Assembly: GCA_963714855.1 (NCBI GenBank)
Contig: CAVQPT010000014.1
Location: 112,569 to 176,568, forward strand
Origin: an uncultured Bacteroidota bacterium
Lineage (GTDB): Bacteria; Bacteroidota; Ignavibacteria; UBA10030; UBA6906
Length of the DNA stretch: 64,000 nucleotides
Direction of reading: 5' to 3'
The notes under the pieces were generated by a model. That model saw only the letters and a list, made by a program, of their open reading frames with translations, did no database searches and was not told the origin of the DNA. A program made the position numbers and the translations under genes. This document shows, piece by piece, positions 27,056 through 37,352 of this stretch (positions are counted from its first letter, which is position 1; the number at the start of each line of letters is the position of its first letter).

Positions 27056-29461
27056 ATGGAGATGGAGAGTGAATCACCTTACCCGGAACCTTCCGTGATC
27101 GGCCAGACCGTCTCACATTACCGGATTCTCGAACGCCTGGGCGCCGGCGGAATGGGCGTCGTGTACACGGCCGAGGATACCCGCCTCAAGCGCACCGTTG
27201 CCCTCAAGTTCCTTCCCCCAGAACTGACAAGCGACCCCGGGGCGAAAGAACGCTTCACCCATGAAGCCCAGGCCGCCTCGGCCCTCCAGCACACCAACAT
27301 CTGCGTTGTCCATGACATCGACGAAACGCCTGATGGCCACTTATTCATCGTCATGGAATACATGGAGGGCGAGACGCTCAGGGCGAAGATCGATCGCGGT
27401 CCCCTCGCAATCGACGAAGCACTTGATATCACAATACAGATCGCCAGGGCGCTCTCCAAGGCACATGCAGGCGGGATTATTCATCGGGACATCAAGCCGG
27501 CAAACATCTTTTTGACCGACGACGGCACGGCGAAGCTTCTGGATTTCGGTCTTGCAAAACTCACCGGCCGTACGATGCTGACGAAGGCCGGAAGCACGAT
27601 GGGAACGCTGGCGTACATGTCGCCGGAACAACTCCGCGGCACCGCAGTCGATCATCGTACAGACATCTGGGCCCTGGGCGCGGTCTTGTACGAGATGCTC
27701 TCGGGGCAGCAACCCTTCAAGGGTGAGTATGACCCTGCGATCCTCTATGCGATTCTCGACATAGAGCCCGAGCCGATTGCCAGTCGCCGGCCGGAGGTCC
27801 CTGGGGCACTCGGGGACGTGCTCTCGAGATCGCTTTCAAAAGACACAGCACAACGCTATCAGGACATCGAGACGCTCCTCGGAGAACTGGCGGCGATTCG
27901 GGGCGGGGGTGTACACCCGGCGTTTCACCGGACGCCGAATGGAGTCCTGCACCGCCCCCGGTGGCCCCTCCTTGCCGGAGGCACAGCAATGGTTTGCGGC
28001 ATACTCATTACAATTCTGACGGTCACCCGGAGCACAAACACGGTTTCATCGATCCATTCGCTCGCGGTACTTCCCTTTCGGCACACTGCCACGACACTCG
28101 CAGACACGGTATTCGCCGAAGGCATGACGGACGCGCTGTCCACCGAGCTCTCGAAACTCCGCGCGCTCGTGGTGCGCTCGTCCCGTTCAGCCATGCGCTA
28201 CAAAGACTCGGACAAATCGCTTTCGGCAATTGCGCAGGAGCTGAACGTCGATGCACTCATCGACGGATCGACGCAGGTTTCCGGGAACAGCGTGCGGGTA
28301 TCCGTGAACCTGATCAACGCCAATCCGGAACAACAGATCTGGGGAGAGAATTACACGAAGAATCTCGAGGACATCAATGCTCTTCAGAGCACCGTAGCGC
28401 AGGCGATCGCCCGCGAGATCAAGATCGTTCTCACGCCCGAGGAACAAAGCCGTCTGGCGCGCCAGCAACCGGTCAACCCGGAGGCATACCAGGCATGTGT
28501 GTACGGCCGGTGGTACTGGAACAAGTGGACTCCCGAAGGATTCCAGACAGCCCTCAAATATTTTCGCGAAGCCGCTCAGAAGGATCCTTCCTACGCACCT
28601 GCGTATGCCGGCATTGCCGACGTGTATGCCACACTCTGGTACAACGGGACTGTCCCTTTTGATTCCGTCGAACCACACTGGAGGCCTGCCGCAAACAAAG
28701 CGATGGAGCTCGACGCCCGGATGGCCGAGGGGCATGTCTCCGTGGCCGCCACACGGCTCGTCTACGACTGGGATTGGTCGGGAGCCGGAGAGCAACTCCG
28801 GCACGCGCTGTTCCTGAATCCCAGCTACGCTACCGGGCATCAATGGTACGCCCTCTTTCTCTCCGCACTTGGCCGTCACGATTCTGCGCTGAGTGAAATA
28901 CGTCTCGCACAGGATCTGGATCCTCTCTCGGTCGTTATCGCCGCAACAGCCGGCTGGGTGTGCATCTACGCCCGTCACTATGATCAGGCAATCGCACAGT
29001 TTCAAAAAGCTCTCACCCTCGACTCGCTCTGTGCCCCCGCCCATTCGGGTCTTGGTGAGATTTACGAGATGCAGGGAAGAAATGAGGAGGCCCTCCAGGA
29101 GTACCTCCGCGTCGCACGCATTAGCGGTGGGAGTTTTGCCACACTGGGAGGGGGGGTTGCAGACCCCGTTCCCCGGCTCCGGGCTGCCTACAGGTCCGGC
29201 GGATGGCGGGGGTACTGGTGGGAACAGCTTGCAATGCTCGAAGACCGCGCGCGCACTTCGTACGTCTCCTCGTTTCATATCGCCGCGGTCTGTGCCCGCC
29301 TGCAAAGGAAGGACGACGCGTTCCGGTGGCTTCAGCGGTCCTACCAGGAGCGCTCGACAAACCTTCTCTTTGGAACGGTGGACCCGAACATGGATAATCT
29401 CAACGATGATCCCCGCTACCGCGCGCTCATGCAACGGATCGGACTGACCGTTGGGCGCTGA
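27056..29461 (+). CDS. Ser/Thr protein kinase with TM segment, periplasmic TolB-N-like region and TPR repeats
   Basis: Hanks kinase motifs: [41 protein letters not shown] segment [24 protein letters not shown]-like repeats in the C-terminal half. Confidence 0.9.
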   Translation: MEMESESPYPEPSVIGQTVSHYRILERLGAGGMGVVYTAEDTRLKRTVALKFLPPELTSDPGAKERFTHEAQAASALQHTNICVVHDIDETPDGHLFIVMEYMEGETLRAKIDRGPLAIDEALDITIQIARALSKAHAGGIIHRDIKPANIFLTDDGTAKLLDFGLAKLTGRTMLTKAGSTMGTLAYMSPEQLRGTAVDHRTDIWALGAVLYEMLSGQQPFKGEYDPAILYAILDIEPEPIASRRPEVPGALGDVLSRSLSKDTAQRYQDIETLLGELAAIRGGGVHPAFHRTPNGVLHRPRWPLLAGGTAMVCGILITILTVTRSTNTVSSIHSLAVLPFRHTATTLADTVFAEGMTDALSTELSKLRALVVRSSRSAMRYKDSDKSLSAIAQELNVDALIDGSTQVSGNSVRVSVNLINANPEQQIWGENYTKNLEDINALQSTVAQAIAREIKIVLTPEEQSRLARQQPVNPEAYQACVYGRWYWNKWTPEGFQTALKYFREAAQKDPSYAPAYAGIADVYATLWYNGTVPFDSVEPHWRPAANKAMELDARMAEGHVSVAATRLVYDWDWSGAGEQLRHALFLNPSYATGHQWYALFLSALGRHDSALSEIRLAQDLDPLSVVIAATAGWVCIYARHYDQAIAQFQKALTLDSLCAPAHSGLGEIYEMQGRNEEALQEYLRVARISGGSFATLGGGVADPVPRLRAAYRSGGWRGYWWEQLAMLEDRARTSYVSSFHIAAVCARLQRKDDAFRWLQRSYQERSTNLLFGTVDPNMDNLNDDPRYRALMQRIGLTVGR

Positions 29462-29495
29462 CCTGAGGCCAGTTTCGTATTCAAACAGCTGACGT

Positions 29496-31712
29496 ATGAC
29501 ACAACGCCCTTCGCAGGCCCCACTGAATCACGACGCCGAAATCCGGCGACTTCGTGCTGTCGTTGAAGAGCTCAAACTCCTCAATACGATCGCTCTCATC
29601 TCCAGTGGCGCATCGTCCCTCGAGGCAATGCTGGGGATCATCATCGATGAGTCGCTCAAAGTGGTCAATGCCGAGCAAGGGTCGATTGTGCTTGTCACAG
29701 GCGACACCGGCACCTCCCTCAAGACCTTTATCCGCCAGGACAACAAGAGTTCACTCCGACCCAGCTATCACGTAGGCGCGCATGTCATCGGCTCAGTCGT
29801 GCATGAGAGAAAACCCCTCCTCATCGAGGATCTGGCTACCGACAAACGGTTTCAGGCCACCGAGCAGGAGCGCGCAGACATACGGTCGCTCCTCTGTGTG
29901 CCCATCATCAACCAGGCCCGACTGATCGGCGCTGTCATGATGGTAAACAAAAAGGGGGGACACGCATTCACACCGGATGATCAGCGTTTGCTCATGATCC
30001 TGAGCGCACAGGCGGGACAATTGATTGTCAACGCGCAACTCCGCGAAGAAAGCGGCCGCAAGAAGGAGGAACTGGCCGAAGCACGACTGGAAACCGAAAA
30101 ATGGCGTGAGCTCGATGAACTGAAATCACGCTTCTTCGCAGACATCTCCCATGAGTTTCGCACACCCCTGACGCTCATTCTGGGGCCCATCGAGCATCTC
30201 ATCGCCGGTACGCGCGAGGGAAGCCCGGTTGGGGACTACCGACTCATCCGGCGCAATGCGCACCGCCTGCTCCGCCTCATCAACGACCTTCTCGATCTCT
30301 CGCGCCTCGAAGCGAAGAGCATGAAGCTGCACGTTGCCGAGGGGGATATCGCGCTGACCCTCCGGATGGTCGCGGAGTCGTTCCAACTTTGGTCGGAACA
30401 GCATGGGATAGCCCTTCGTTGGACATCCGTTCCACATGCGCTCCATGGCTATTTCGATCGGGACAAAGTCGAGACGGTTCTTTCCAATCTCCTTTCAAAC
30501 GCGCTCAAATTCACACCGCGGGACGGAACGGTCACGGTTGCCCTGGCCTTGAGAGAGGCCGATCCCGAACCTGGGCGGTGGGTCTCTGTGAATGTCGCCG
30601 ACAGCGGCAGGGGGATTCCCGCCGGCAAGGTGGCGAACCTGTTCGACAGATACTATCAGGTGGAGGATGCGGACCGGCAGACCGGATCCGGGCTCGGGCT
30701 GGCATTGAGCAAAGGGCTCATCGAGCTTCATCACGGCGCGATTGCGGTGACAAGTAGCGAAGATCGCGGATCAGTCTTCGAGGTACATTTCCCAATCGAT
30801 CGGGCCTCCTACCTGTCCGAGGAACTCGCAGAGGACATGGCTCCGGTCGGGAGCGCGAACCCGGCAACCCCCGAACCCATCAGCCAGTTCTCCGAATCGC
30901 CGGGTCCATCGCCTCCGAGATCAACGGAGTCCCCCGCTCTGCCCCTGATGCTGATCGTGGAGGACGACCCGGACATGCGCAGGTATCTCTGCGACAACCT
31001 CAAGCAATCGTTCAGAATCCTTGAAGCGTCGGACGGTGACATCGCCCTTGCCACCGCCCGCGACACACTTCCGGATGTGGTCATCAGCGATGTCAGCATG
31101 CCGGTCATGGATGGCCTCCAGCTTTGCCGGCACCTCAAAGAGGATGAACGCACCAGCCACATTCCCTTCGTTCTTCTGACTGCGAGCGCCGGACAGGAAG
31201 GGAAGTTGAGGGGGCTCGAGAGTGGCGCGGACGACTACCTCACCAAGCCGTTCGACTGGAAGGAGCTGGAAACGCGTGTGCACAATCTTGTCGAAGGACG
31301 CAGGCGCCTGCGAGAGGGGTTCCGGCAGGCATTCCTGCTCACCTCTTCCGCCACCGCAGCCCCTTCTATGGACGAGTCGTTCCTCATGAAGGTGAAGTCC
31401 TCTATCGAGCGGTCCATGGGAGATGAAGCATTCAACGTCGAGGACCTTGCAAAGGACGTGGCAATGAGCTACAGCCAGCTCCATCGCAAACTCACCGCGC
31501 TGGTGAACCAGTCCCCGAACCAGCTCATCCGGTCAATGCGTCTTCACCGTGCGAGAGAGCTTCTTGAACGCGGAGCGGGCACGATTTCTGAAATCGCCTA
31601 TACGGTGGGTTTCGGCAGTCCTGCATATCTCACAAAATGCTTTCGTGAGCAGTTTGGCACCGTCCCGAGCGAGGTGAAGCTGAAGTCCAGTTCCCCCCCG
31701 TCCGGTTCGTAG
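29496..31712 (+). CDS. soluble hybrid two-component protein: GAF - histidine kinase - receiver - AraC-type HTH
   Basis: No TM segment. N-terminal GAF domain. H-box SHEFRTPLTLILG, N-box LSNALKFT, G-boxes DSGRGIP and GSGLGLALSK. Receiver LMLIVEDDPDMR...DVVISDVSMPVMDG...KPF. C-terminal AraC HTH (SQLHRKLTALVNQSPNQLIRSMRL..A..LL). Confidence 0.9.
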   Translation: MTQRPSQAPLNHDAEIRRLRAVVEELKLLNTIALISSGASSLEAMLGIIIDESLKVVNAEQGSIVLVTGDTGTSLKTFIRQDNKSSLRPSYHVGAHVIGSVVHERKPLLIEDLATDKRFQATEQERADIRSLLCVPIINQARLIGAVMMVNKKGGHAFTPDDQRLLMILSAQAGQLIVNAQLREESGRKKEELAEARLETEKWRELDELKSRFFADISHEFRTPLTLILGPIEHLIAGTREGSPVGDYRLIRRNAHRLLRLINDLLDLSRLEAKSMKLHVAEGDIALTLRMVAESFQLWSEQHGIALRWTSVPHALHGYFDRDKVETVLSNLLSNALKFTPRDGTVTVALALREADPEPGRWVSVNVADSGRGIPAGKVANLFDRYYQVEDADRQTGSGLGLALSKGLIELHHGAIAVTSSEDRGSVFEVHFPIDRASYLSEELAEDMAPVGSANPATPEPISQFSESPGPSPPRSTESPALPLMLIVEDDPDMRRYLCDNLKQSFRILEASDGDIALATARDTLPDVVISDVSMPVMDGLQLCRHLKEDERTSHIPFVLLTASAGQEGKLRGLESGADDYLTKPFDWKELETRVHNLVEGRRRLREGFRQAFLLTSSATAAPSMDESFLMKVKSSIERSMGDEAFNVEDLAKDVAMSYSQLHRKLTALVNQSPNQLIRSMRLHRARELLERGAGTISEIAYTVGFGSPAYLTKCFREQFGTVPSEVKLKSSSPPSGS

Positions 31713-31867
31713 TGCCCCTGCGCTTCCCCATCCTCATGCGAGAAGAATGATCGTTCTTGCGAGGTTTCTGCTATGCGAATGCCCCCTGGATATGTTATGT
31801 TGGGCTCAAGTTATGGTGACCCTGATAGAACGGCCACCGCGCCGATCACCAGAAAAGGAGCACGACA

Positions 31868-32992
31868 ATGGGACGGAGAGACCACTGTACTATAGGATGT
31901 CTTCTGGCAACGATGTTCATAGGCATGTCGTCCCTGGGAATCTCGCAGGGTGCGCCGCAATCTTCTGCACCCTCTGAAGCACAGCAGAAGCGCCAGGAAG
32001 TGATGAAATCCAGGGGGCCTGAGGGATCGATCACGATCTTGCCAATCAACCTTGCGGGGAATCCCTTTGCCCGGGCCTCAGAAGTGGTTGGATTGTTCCT
32101 TGAGCAGCAGGGGCTGGAAAACATTGAAATTGGCGCGACTCCATTTATGCCTGCCGGTAGCACCGGGTTAGACGCGCTTGTCGATTCTCTGGGCACATTC
32201 GTGAAGACCATCTCCGTGAAAACGGAGTATGTCCTCTACGCTGAGTACAACGGCAACCGACAGACCGGCCTGGTCGAGCTCCGGGCGGCAGTCGTGGACA
32301 AAGCAGGGCAGCCGGTATGGATGGATCGCCAGGGGGCCGAAGACGAGGCGATGAAACAGCTGGATGACAAGGATCCAATGACCTTCTCCGTTTTTCTGGT
32401 TGAGCGATTGTGTCCGGCGCTCGGCCTGAGCGAAGAAACAGCCAAGAACGCAAAGCCCGGAAAGATGGCCGGCCTCATGGAGGAACGGAGCGGGATGCCG
32501 CCTGAGAAAGAGCGGACCCCAATGCCGGAGCGGCAGAAACTCCTCAAGGAGGCCGGACGGACCGTCACCCTGGTTGTGTATCCCGTCCGCATTGGCGGCG
32601 TTGTTGACACCACCAGTACCCAAAAACTTGTGTCGATGATCCGCAAAGACGGTCTCTGCCTGCCCGTCGCGAGCACGAGATCGCCAGCCTTGAAAGCGTC
32701 CCAGGAAGATCCGAATGAAATGAAGGTGCTCTGGAACTTCGCGCGTGAGGTCAGGGCATACAGCAAAGAGCATATGCCTGCGGCCGGCTATGCACTGTAC
32801 GCCGACTACGTCTTCAATCCGGAGCAATGGGAGCAGGGGTACGTGCATTTTGTCGTGTGCGATCCCAGCGGGGAATGGGTGATTGTCGATCTGCAGAACT
32901 CTCACCATCCGGATTATCAGAACGTGAAGCCGACATCGACTGCGGACTGCCACACGTTGCTGGTTCGGCAGTTGAATACGTACCTGCACTAA
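31868..32992 (+). CDS. hypothetical exported protein
   Basis: ATG 31868 follows AAAGGAG. Hydrophobic N-terminus TIGCLLATMFIGMSSLGISQG. I recognised no family. Confidence 0.55.
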   Translation: MGRRDHCTIGCLLATMFIGMSSLGISQGAPQSSAPSEAQQKRQEVMKSRGPEGSITILPINLAGNPFARASEVVGLFLEQQGLENIEIGATPFMPAGSTGLDALVDSLGTFVKTISVKTEYVLYAEYNGNRQTGLVELRAAVVDKAGQPVWMDRQGAEDEAMKQLDDKDPMTFSVFLVERLCPALGLSEETAKNAKPGKMAGLMEERSGMPPEKERTPMPERQKLLKEAGRTVTLVVYPVRIGGVVDTTSTQKLVSMIRKDGLCLPVASTRSPALKASQEDPNEMKVLWNFAREVRAYSKEHMPAAGYALYADYVFNPEQWEQGYVHFVVCDPSGEWVIVDLQNSHHPDYQNVKPTSTADCHTLLVRQLNTYLH

Positions 32993-33014
32993 AGCACTAC
33001 ACAGGAGGAGCACA

Positions 33015-33575
33015 ATGGAGACACACGACGCGCTGCCGGACCCCCATAGCTCTCGCAGGAAGGGCTACATCTTTCTGGCTTCAGGCATTGTCCTGCTCGT
33101 CCTTTCGGGATTCATCGGGATTTCCGATAATCCACCGGGTATCCTCCTGATGCTCGCCGGTTTGTTTACCGTCGCGCTTGGCGCGATCTATATCGTCTCG
33201 AAACCGAGCCACCGGACACCCGGCCAACAACTCCTGTACTGGGCTCCGAGAGCATTGTGCATCGTCTTCGCCTTGTTCATCAGCCTGTTCGCTCTTGATG
33301 TGTTCGACGAAGGACGGAGTGTCCTGGACACTGCACTTGCCCTGCTCATGCACCTGATTCCGACATTCCTGCTGCTTGCGCTGCTCGCTCTCTCGTGGCG
33401 GCGGGAGTGGATCGCCGGGATTCTTTTCCCGCTGCTCGGTATCGCGTACGTCATCTGGAGCTGGAACAAACCGTTCGGCCACTGGTCCACGTTCTTGCTG
33501 ATGGCCGGTCCTCTCGTGTTGACCGGGGGGCTCTTCCTTCTTAACTGGTATTACAGGAAAGAGCTCAGGCATTAG
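33015..33575 (+). CDS. hypothetical integral membrane protein (about 6 TM)
   Basis: ATG 33015 follows AGGAGG. The sequence is a series of hydrophobic helices throughout. Confidence 0.6.
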   Translation: METHDALPDPHSSRRKGYIFLASGIVLLVLSGFIGISDNPPGILLMLAGLFTVALGAIYIVSKPSHRTPGQQLLYWAPRALCIVFALFISLFALDVFDEGRSVLDTALALLMHLIPTFLLLALLALSWRREWIAGILFPLLGIAYVIWSWNKPFGHWSTFLLMAGPLVLTGGLFLLNWYYRKELRH

Positions 33576-33611
33576 CCCGTTCACTGATGGGTAGTCATAG
33601 GAGAATCGATC

Positions 33612-35946
33612 ATGGCTCTGGCCGTTCTCGTCTTCCTCGCATCGATCCTTCTGGTCATTCTCACGGCACGGACATTCTACCTTGCGTCCAAATTCCGGGA
33701 CCTGGACGACAGAGTCAGGAAGCTTGAGCGGCAGAAGCATGAGACAATTCCGGCATCGACGCCGGAGGTGGCTCCTTCGCTCACTGTGGCAACCAACGCG
33801 GTCGCATCTTCTGTACCCGCAACGGTCACCTCTGCGGGCTCAATGCGGATAGTCCCGGAGCCCCCCCCGGGTGTCGTGCCGCCGGCGACCCCACCTGAGC
33901 CTCCACCCCCATCCCGCACCAGGGAAGAGTGGGAGTCACTGATCGGAGGGCGTTTGCTGAACCGGATTGGGGCGCTCGCCCTGATTATTGGCGTAGGCTT
34001 CTTCCTGAAATACGCGATCGACAATCAGTGGATCAGCGAACTCACACGGGTTCTGATCGGCGTGGGGGTCGGTCTTCTCTGTCTGGTGGGAGCGGATCGC
34101 ACACGGAAGGAAGGATTTCAGATATTTTCACAGGGCCTGGTCGGGGCAGGGATCGCGATTCTGTACCTCTCGGTCTACGCCTCCTTCAATTTCTACCTTC
34201 TTGTCTCGCTGCCTGTTGCATTCGTGCTGATGGGAATCGTCACCGTGGTTGCGTTTCTGGAGGCGCTTCGGAACGATTCGCTTGCCGTTTCGCTGCTCGC
34301 ATGTGTGGGCGGATTTCTCACCCCTTTCATGTTGAGCACAGGCGAGTCGAACGAGGCCGGACTCTTCGCCTATCTCATTGCCCTTGACCTTGGGGTGATT
34401 CTCATTCTCACTCGGAAGAGTACGTGGGCAGCACTTGAGCCGCTCTCGCTCTTCGGGACATATGCCATCTACTTCTCCTGGTTCGGGGCGTACTACACAA
34501 CCGCACACACGCTTCCGGCGCTCCTCTTCCTCGGCCTGTTCTGGGCGATCTACCACGGGCTCGACCTGTTCAGAGTCGTGACAGCACAGGAGCTCTATGC
34601 CGATCTCCGCCGGGCTATGGCCTGGCTTCATGGCGCGCTCTCATTCGGGGCCCTTTACGCCATCGTCATTCCCCACGGTCACTCTCAGACGGCACTTGCG
34701 GCAATGATAGCCGTAGTGTTCTACGTCGGGTCAGCTCTCTTTCTTGAACGCCGTAGGTCCGGAACTACGGCGGCCGTGATTCAGTACACTCTTATGGGAT
34801 GCACGTTTCTGGTATGGGCCATCGCGCTTCAGTTCGAACGGTTTACGATCGTGATGTTCTGGACGATCGAAGCCCTTCTTATGGTCTGGATGGGAACGCG
34901 CTATGGGCGCCGCTATCTCTGGGGTGCCGGACTTGTGCTCTTCGCCATTACGGCTCTTGCGCTCCTGGGTGAAGACGGATCCCTCGCCGTGGTGTCGTTC
35001 GAAGGCTATCGGACGATACTGAACCCGCGGGCTCTGGCATACGTTCTTCTCGCTGCAGCGGTCGGCGTCTCGGCGCATTTCGTCCGCCCTGCATTGAGTG
35101 CCGGTTCAACGGTTCTCAGTGAAGTGCTCACCTATGGATGGATTCTCCTCCTGTTCACCGTTCTTACCGTCGAAACAAACGACCTGTTCCGATTCTGGAT
35201 GATCGGTGCCACGGATTCTATCGTGCAGGCCCTCGGGTTCACGCGTCTCATGGTGCTGGCAGGGGTCTGGGCCCTCTCCGGACTTCTCCTGGTGCTGGGT
35301 GGCCGAACGGGTCGATATACGGCCCGTCCTCTTCTCGGGAATTCTCTGCGCAGCTCTTGCGGCATGTCTCGCCGGCATCCGCGGCATTGCCTTCGACCCT
35401 CTGACGGCCTTCTCGCCCGTCTTCAACATCAGAGTCTACGCCATACTCATCATCGCCGTTATCATGTTCATGGAAGTCCGCTGGCTGAGGAAGAGCGTTG
35501 TGCGATCGAGTTGGATTCCGGAACTGCGCGAGGCACTTTTGATCCTCGGCGTCGGACTCCTCCTCGTCCTGCTGACAGGCGAGACCCGAGACATGTTTGA
35601 GAGGGCGATATCCGTTGCAGGAGGGTCAGACGTTCAGGGACAGTACGGAGAGGTGACACGACTGGAGAATCTGGAACAACTGAGTCTCTCCGGGGTCTGG
35701 CTTCTCTTCTCGATCGGTGTGATGACGTTCGGCATCTGGCGGCGGACGCGCATTCTCCGGCATACAGCTATTGTTCTGTTTGGCTTCACGATCCTGAAGA
35801 TATTCATCTACGATCTTTCATTTCTCGATACACTGTATCGCATCGTCTCGTTTGTCGCTCTAGGCCTGATCCTGCTGGCCGTTTCATATCTGTATCAACG
35901 GTACAGGGCAATAATCGCCGACCCATCAGAAACGGGAACTGCATGA
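33612..35946 (+). pseudogene. DUF2339-type polytopic membrane protein, frame interrupted near 35295-35312
   Basis: ORF 33612..35600 is membrane-like up to ...LSGLLLVLGGRTG and then turns into Arg/Pro-rich nonsense. ORF 35206..35946 in another frame continues with membrane helices (VDIRPVLFSGILCAALAACLAG...). The N-terminal architecture is TM, coiled coil, Pro-rich linker, then EWESLIGGRLLNRIGALALIIGVGFFLKYAIDNQWI, which is typical of DUF2339. Confidence 0.7.
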
Positions 35947-36029
35947 AGCCTGCGGCAGGAATTCCTGTGCGCTCCCGCGTGTTCTCATCTATAGGACGTC
36001 AGAGATCCTCACACATAGAATGAGAGCGA

Positions 36030-37217
36030 ATGAACAGACCACACCACCGGGCTTCGCCTGCCGGTTTCCTCCATTTCAAGAAGTGGGGGGCAGCTACCCT
36101 TCTCATCCTCGTCCTGCCAACGGGCTTCACGGCATCCTCGTGCGGCTACCTTGCGGGGACCCTGCCGGCATCCGGTACAGCCGATGAAAACCTCGGCTCC
36201 ATTACGCTACCACCTGGATTCAGTGTCGAGATTTGGGCAAACAACGTAGACAACGCACGTTCGATGACCATCAGCCCTTCGGGTACAGTATTCATCGGTA
36301 CCCGATCGTCGGACCGCGTTTACGCAATTCCCCCGGATACCAGGAAGCCAATCGTCATCGCGCAAGGGCTGGATAGCCCTAATGGTGTCGCATTCAGAGG
36401 AGGGGACCTGTTCATTGCTGAGATATCCCGTGTCATCAGACTCCCCGGCATCGAGAATTCGCTCCATCAACCGCCGACCCCCATTGTTGTCAATGATGGC
36501 TTTCCGGATGATCGCTCCCATGGATGGAAGTTCATCAGGTTTGGACCGGACGGGCTCCTCTACGTACCCGTTGGTATGCCATGCAATATCTGTGAACGGG
36601 ATGACCCCCGGTACGGTACCATCATGCGCATGAAGCCTGACGGTTCAGGACTCGAAATCTATGCCTCCGGGATCAGAAACACCGTCGGATTCGATTGGCA
36701 TCCGGGCACCCGGGAGTTATGGTTTACGGAGAACGGGCGGGACTGGCTGGGCGACGATCTGCCACCCGACGAGCTCAACCGTGCGCCCCGCAAGGGTATG
36801 AATTTCGGATTTCCGTACTTCTTCGGCAACAGTGTCCCCGATCCCGAATTCACCGGGGCCGACCCGTCAGGTGTCACACCGTCGGCGCGCGACCTCGGTG
36901 CTCATGTGGCCGCGCTGGGCATGCGGTTCTACAACGGCTCTCTTTTCCCAGAGAAGTACAGAGGAGGAATATTCATCGCAGAACATGGATCGTGGAACCG
37001 GTCTGTGCCGGCAGGATACCGGATAATGTTTGTTGCGCTGAGGGATTCTCTCCCTGTGTCGTACGAAGTGTTCGCGGAGGGGTGGCTTCAGGGAAGCATT
37101 GCCTGGGGCCGGCCTGTCGATGTTCTTGTCATGCCCGACGGGTCGTTGCTTGTCTCGGATGACAAAGCGGGAGTGGTGTACAGAATTTCCTACGGCACGG
37201 ACAGTTCACGCCCGTAA
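36030..37217 (+). CDS. PQQ-dependent sugar (glucose/sorbosone) dehydrogenase-family beta-propeller protein
   Basis: Motifs: GFSVEIWA, PNGVAF, HGWKFIRFGPDGLLYVPVG, GIRNTVGFDWHPGTRELWFTENGRDWLGDDLPPDELN, GMNFGFPY. Confidence 0.85.
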   Translation: MNRPHHRASPAGFLHFKKWGAATLLILVLPTGFTASSCGYLAGTLPASGTADENLGSITLPPGFSVEIWANNVDNARSMTISPSGTVFIGTRSSDRVYAIPPDTRKPIVIAQGLDSPNGVAFRGGDLFIAEISRVIRLPGIENSLHQPPTPIVVNDGFPDDRSHGWKFIRFGPDGLLYVPVGMPCNICERDDPRYGTIMRMKPDGSGLEIYASGIRNTVGFDWHPGTRELWFTENGRDWLGDDLPPDELNRAPRKGMNFGFPYFFGNSVPDPEFTGADPSGVTPSARDLGAHVAALGMRFYNGSLFPEKYRGGIFIAEHGSWNRSVPAGYRIMFVALRDSLPVSYEVFAEGWLQGSIAWGRPVDVLVMPDGSLLVSDDKAGVVYRISYGTDSSRP

Positions 37218-37352
37218 GATCTGGATGTGCAGATAGGTCAATTGCTGACACAGAGGTACTGCTTACGCGCAAAGGTCGTCTGGGATCAAGAGCCCTCCCG
37301 ACCGTACAATGACGGTTTCCGGACTACTCCATAACGGGCAAATCTCAGTGTG

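Noticed and set aside
28187-29434. 415-aa minus-strand ORF
   Set aside because: It is antisense to the TPR half of the Ser/Thr kinase gene, and I recognised no motifs.
32168-33013. 281-aa and 176-aa minus-strand ORFs
   Set aside because: They are antisense to the 374-aa exported hypothetical protein, which has an RBS and a signal-like N-terminus. This is the weakest of these decisions, because neither strand has a recognisable family.
35956-35967. Perfect 12-nt palindrome CAGGAATTCCTG just after the DUF2339 stop
   Set aside because: It has no loop and no T-tract, so it is not a convincing terminator. It is too short to call a protein-binding site without further evidence.
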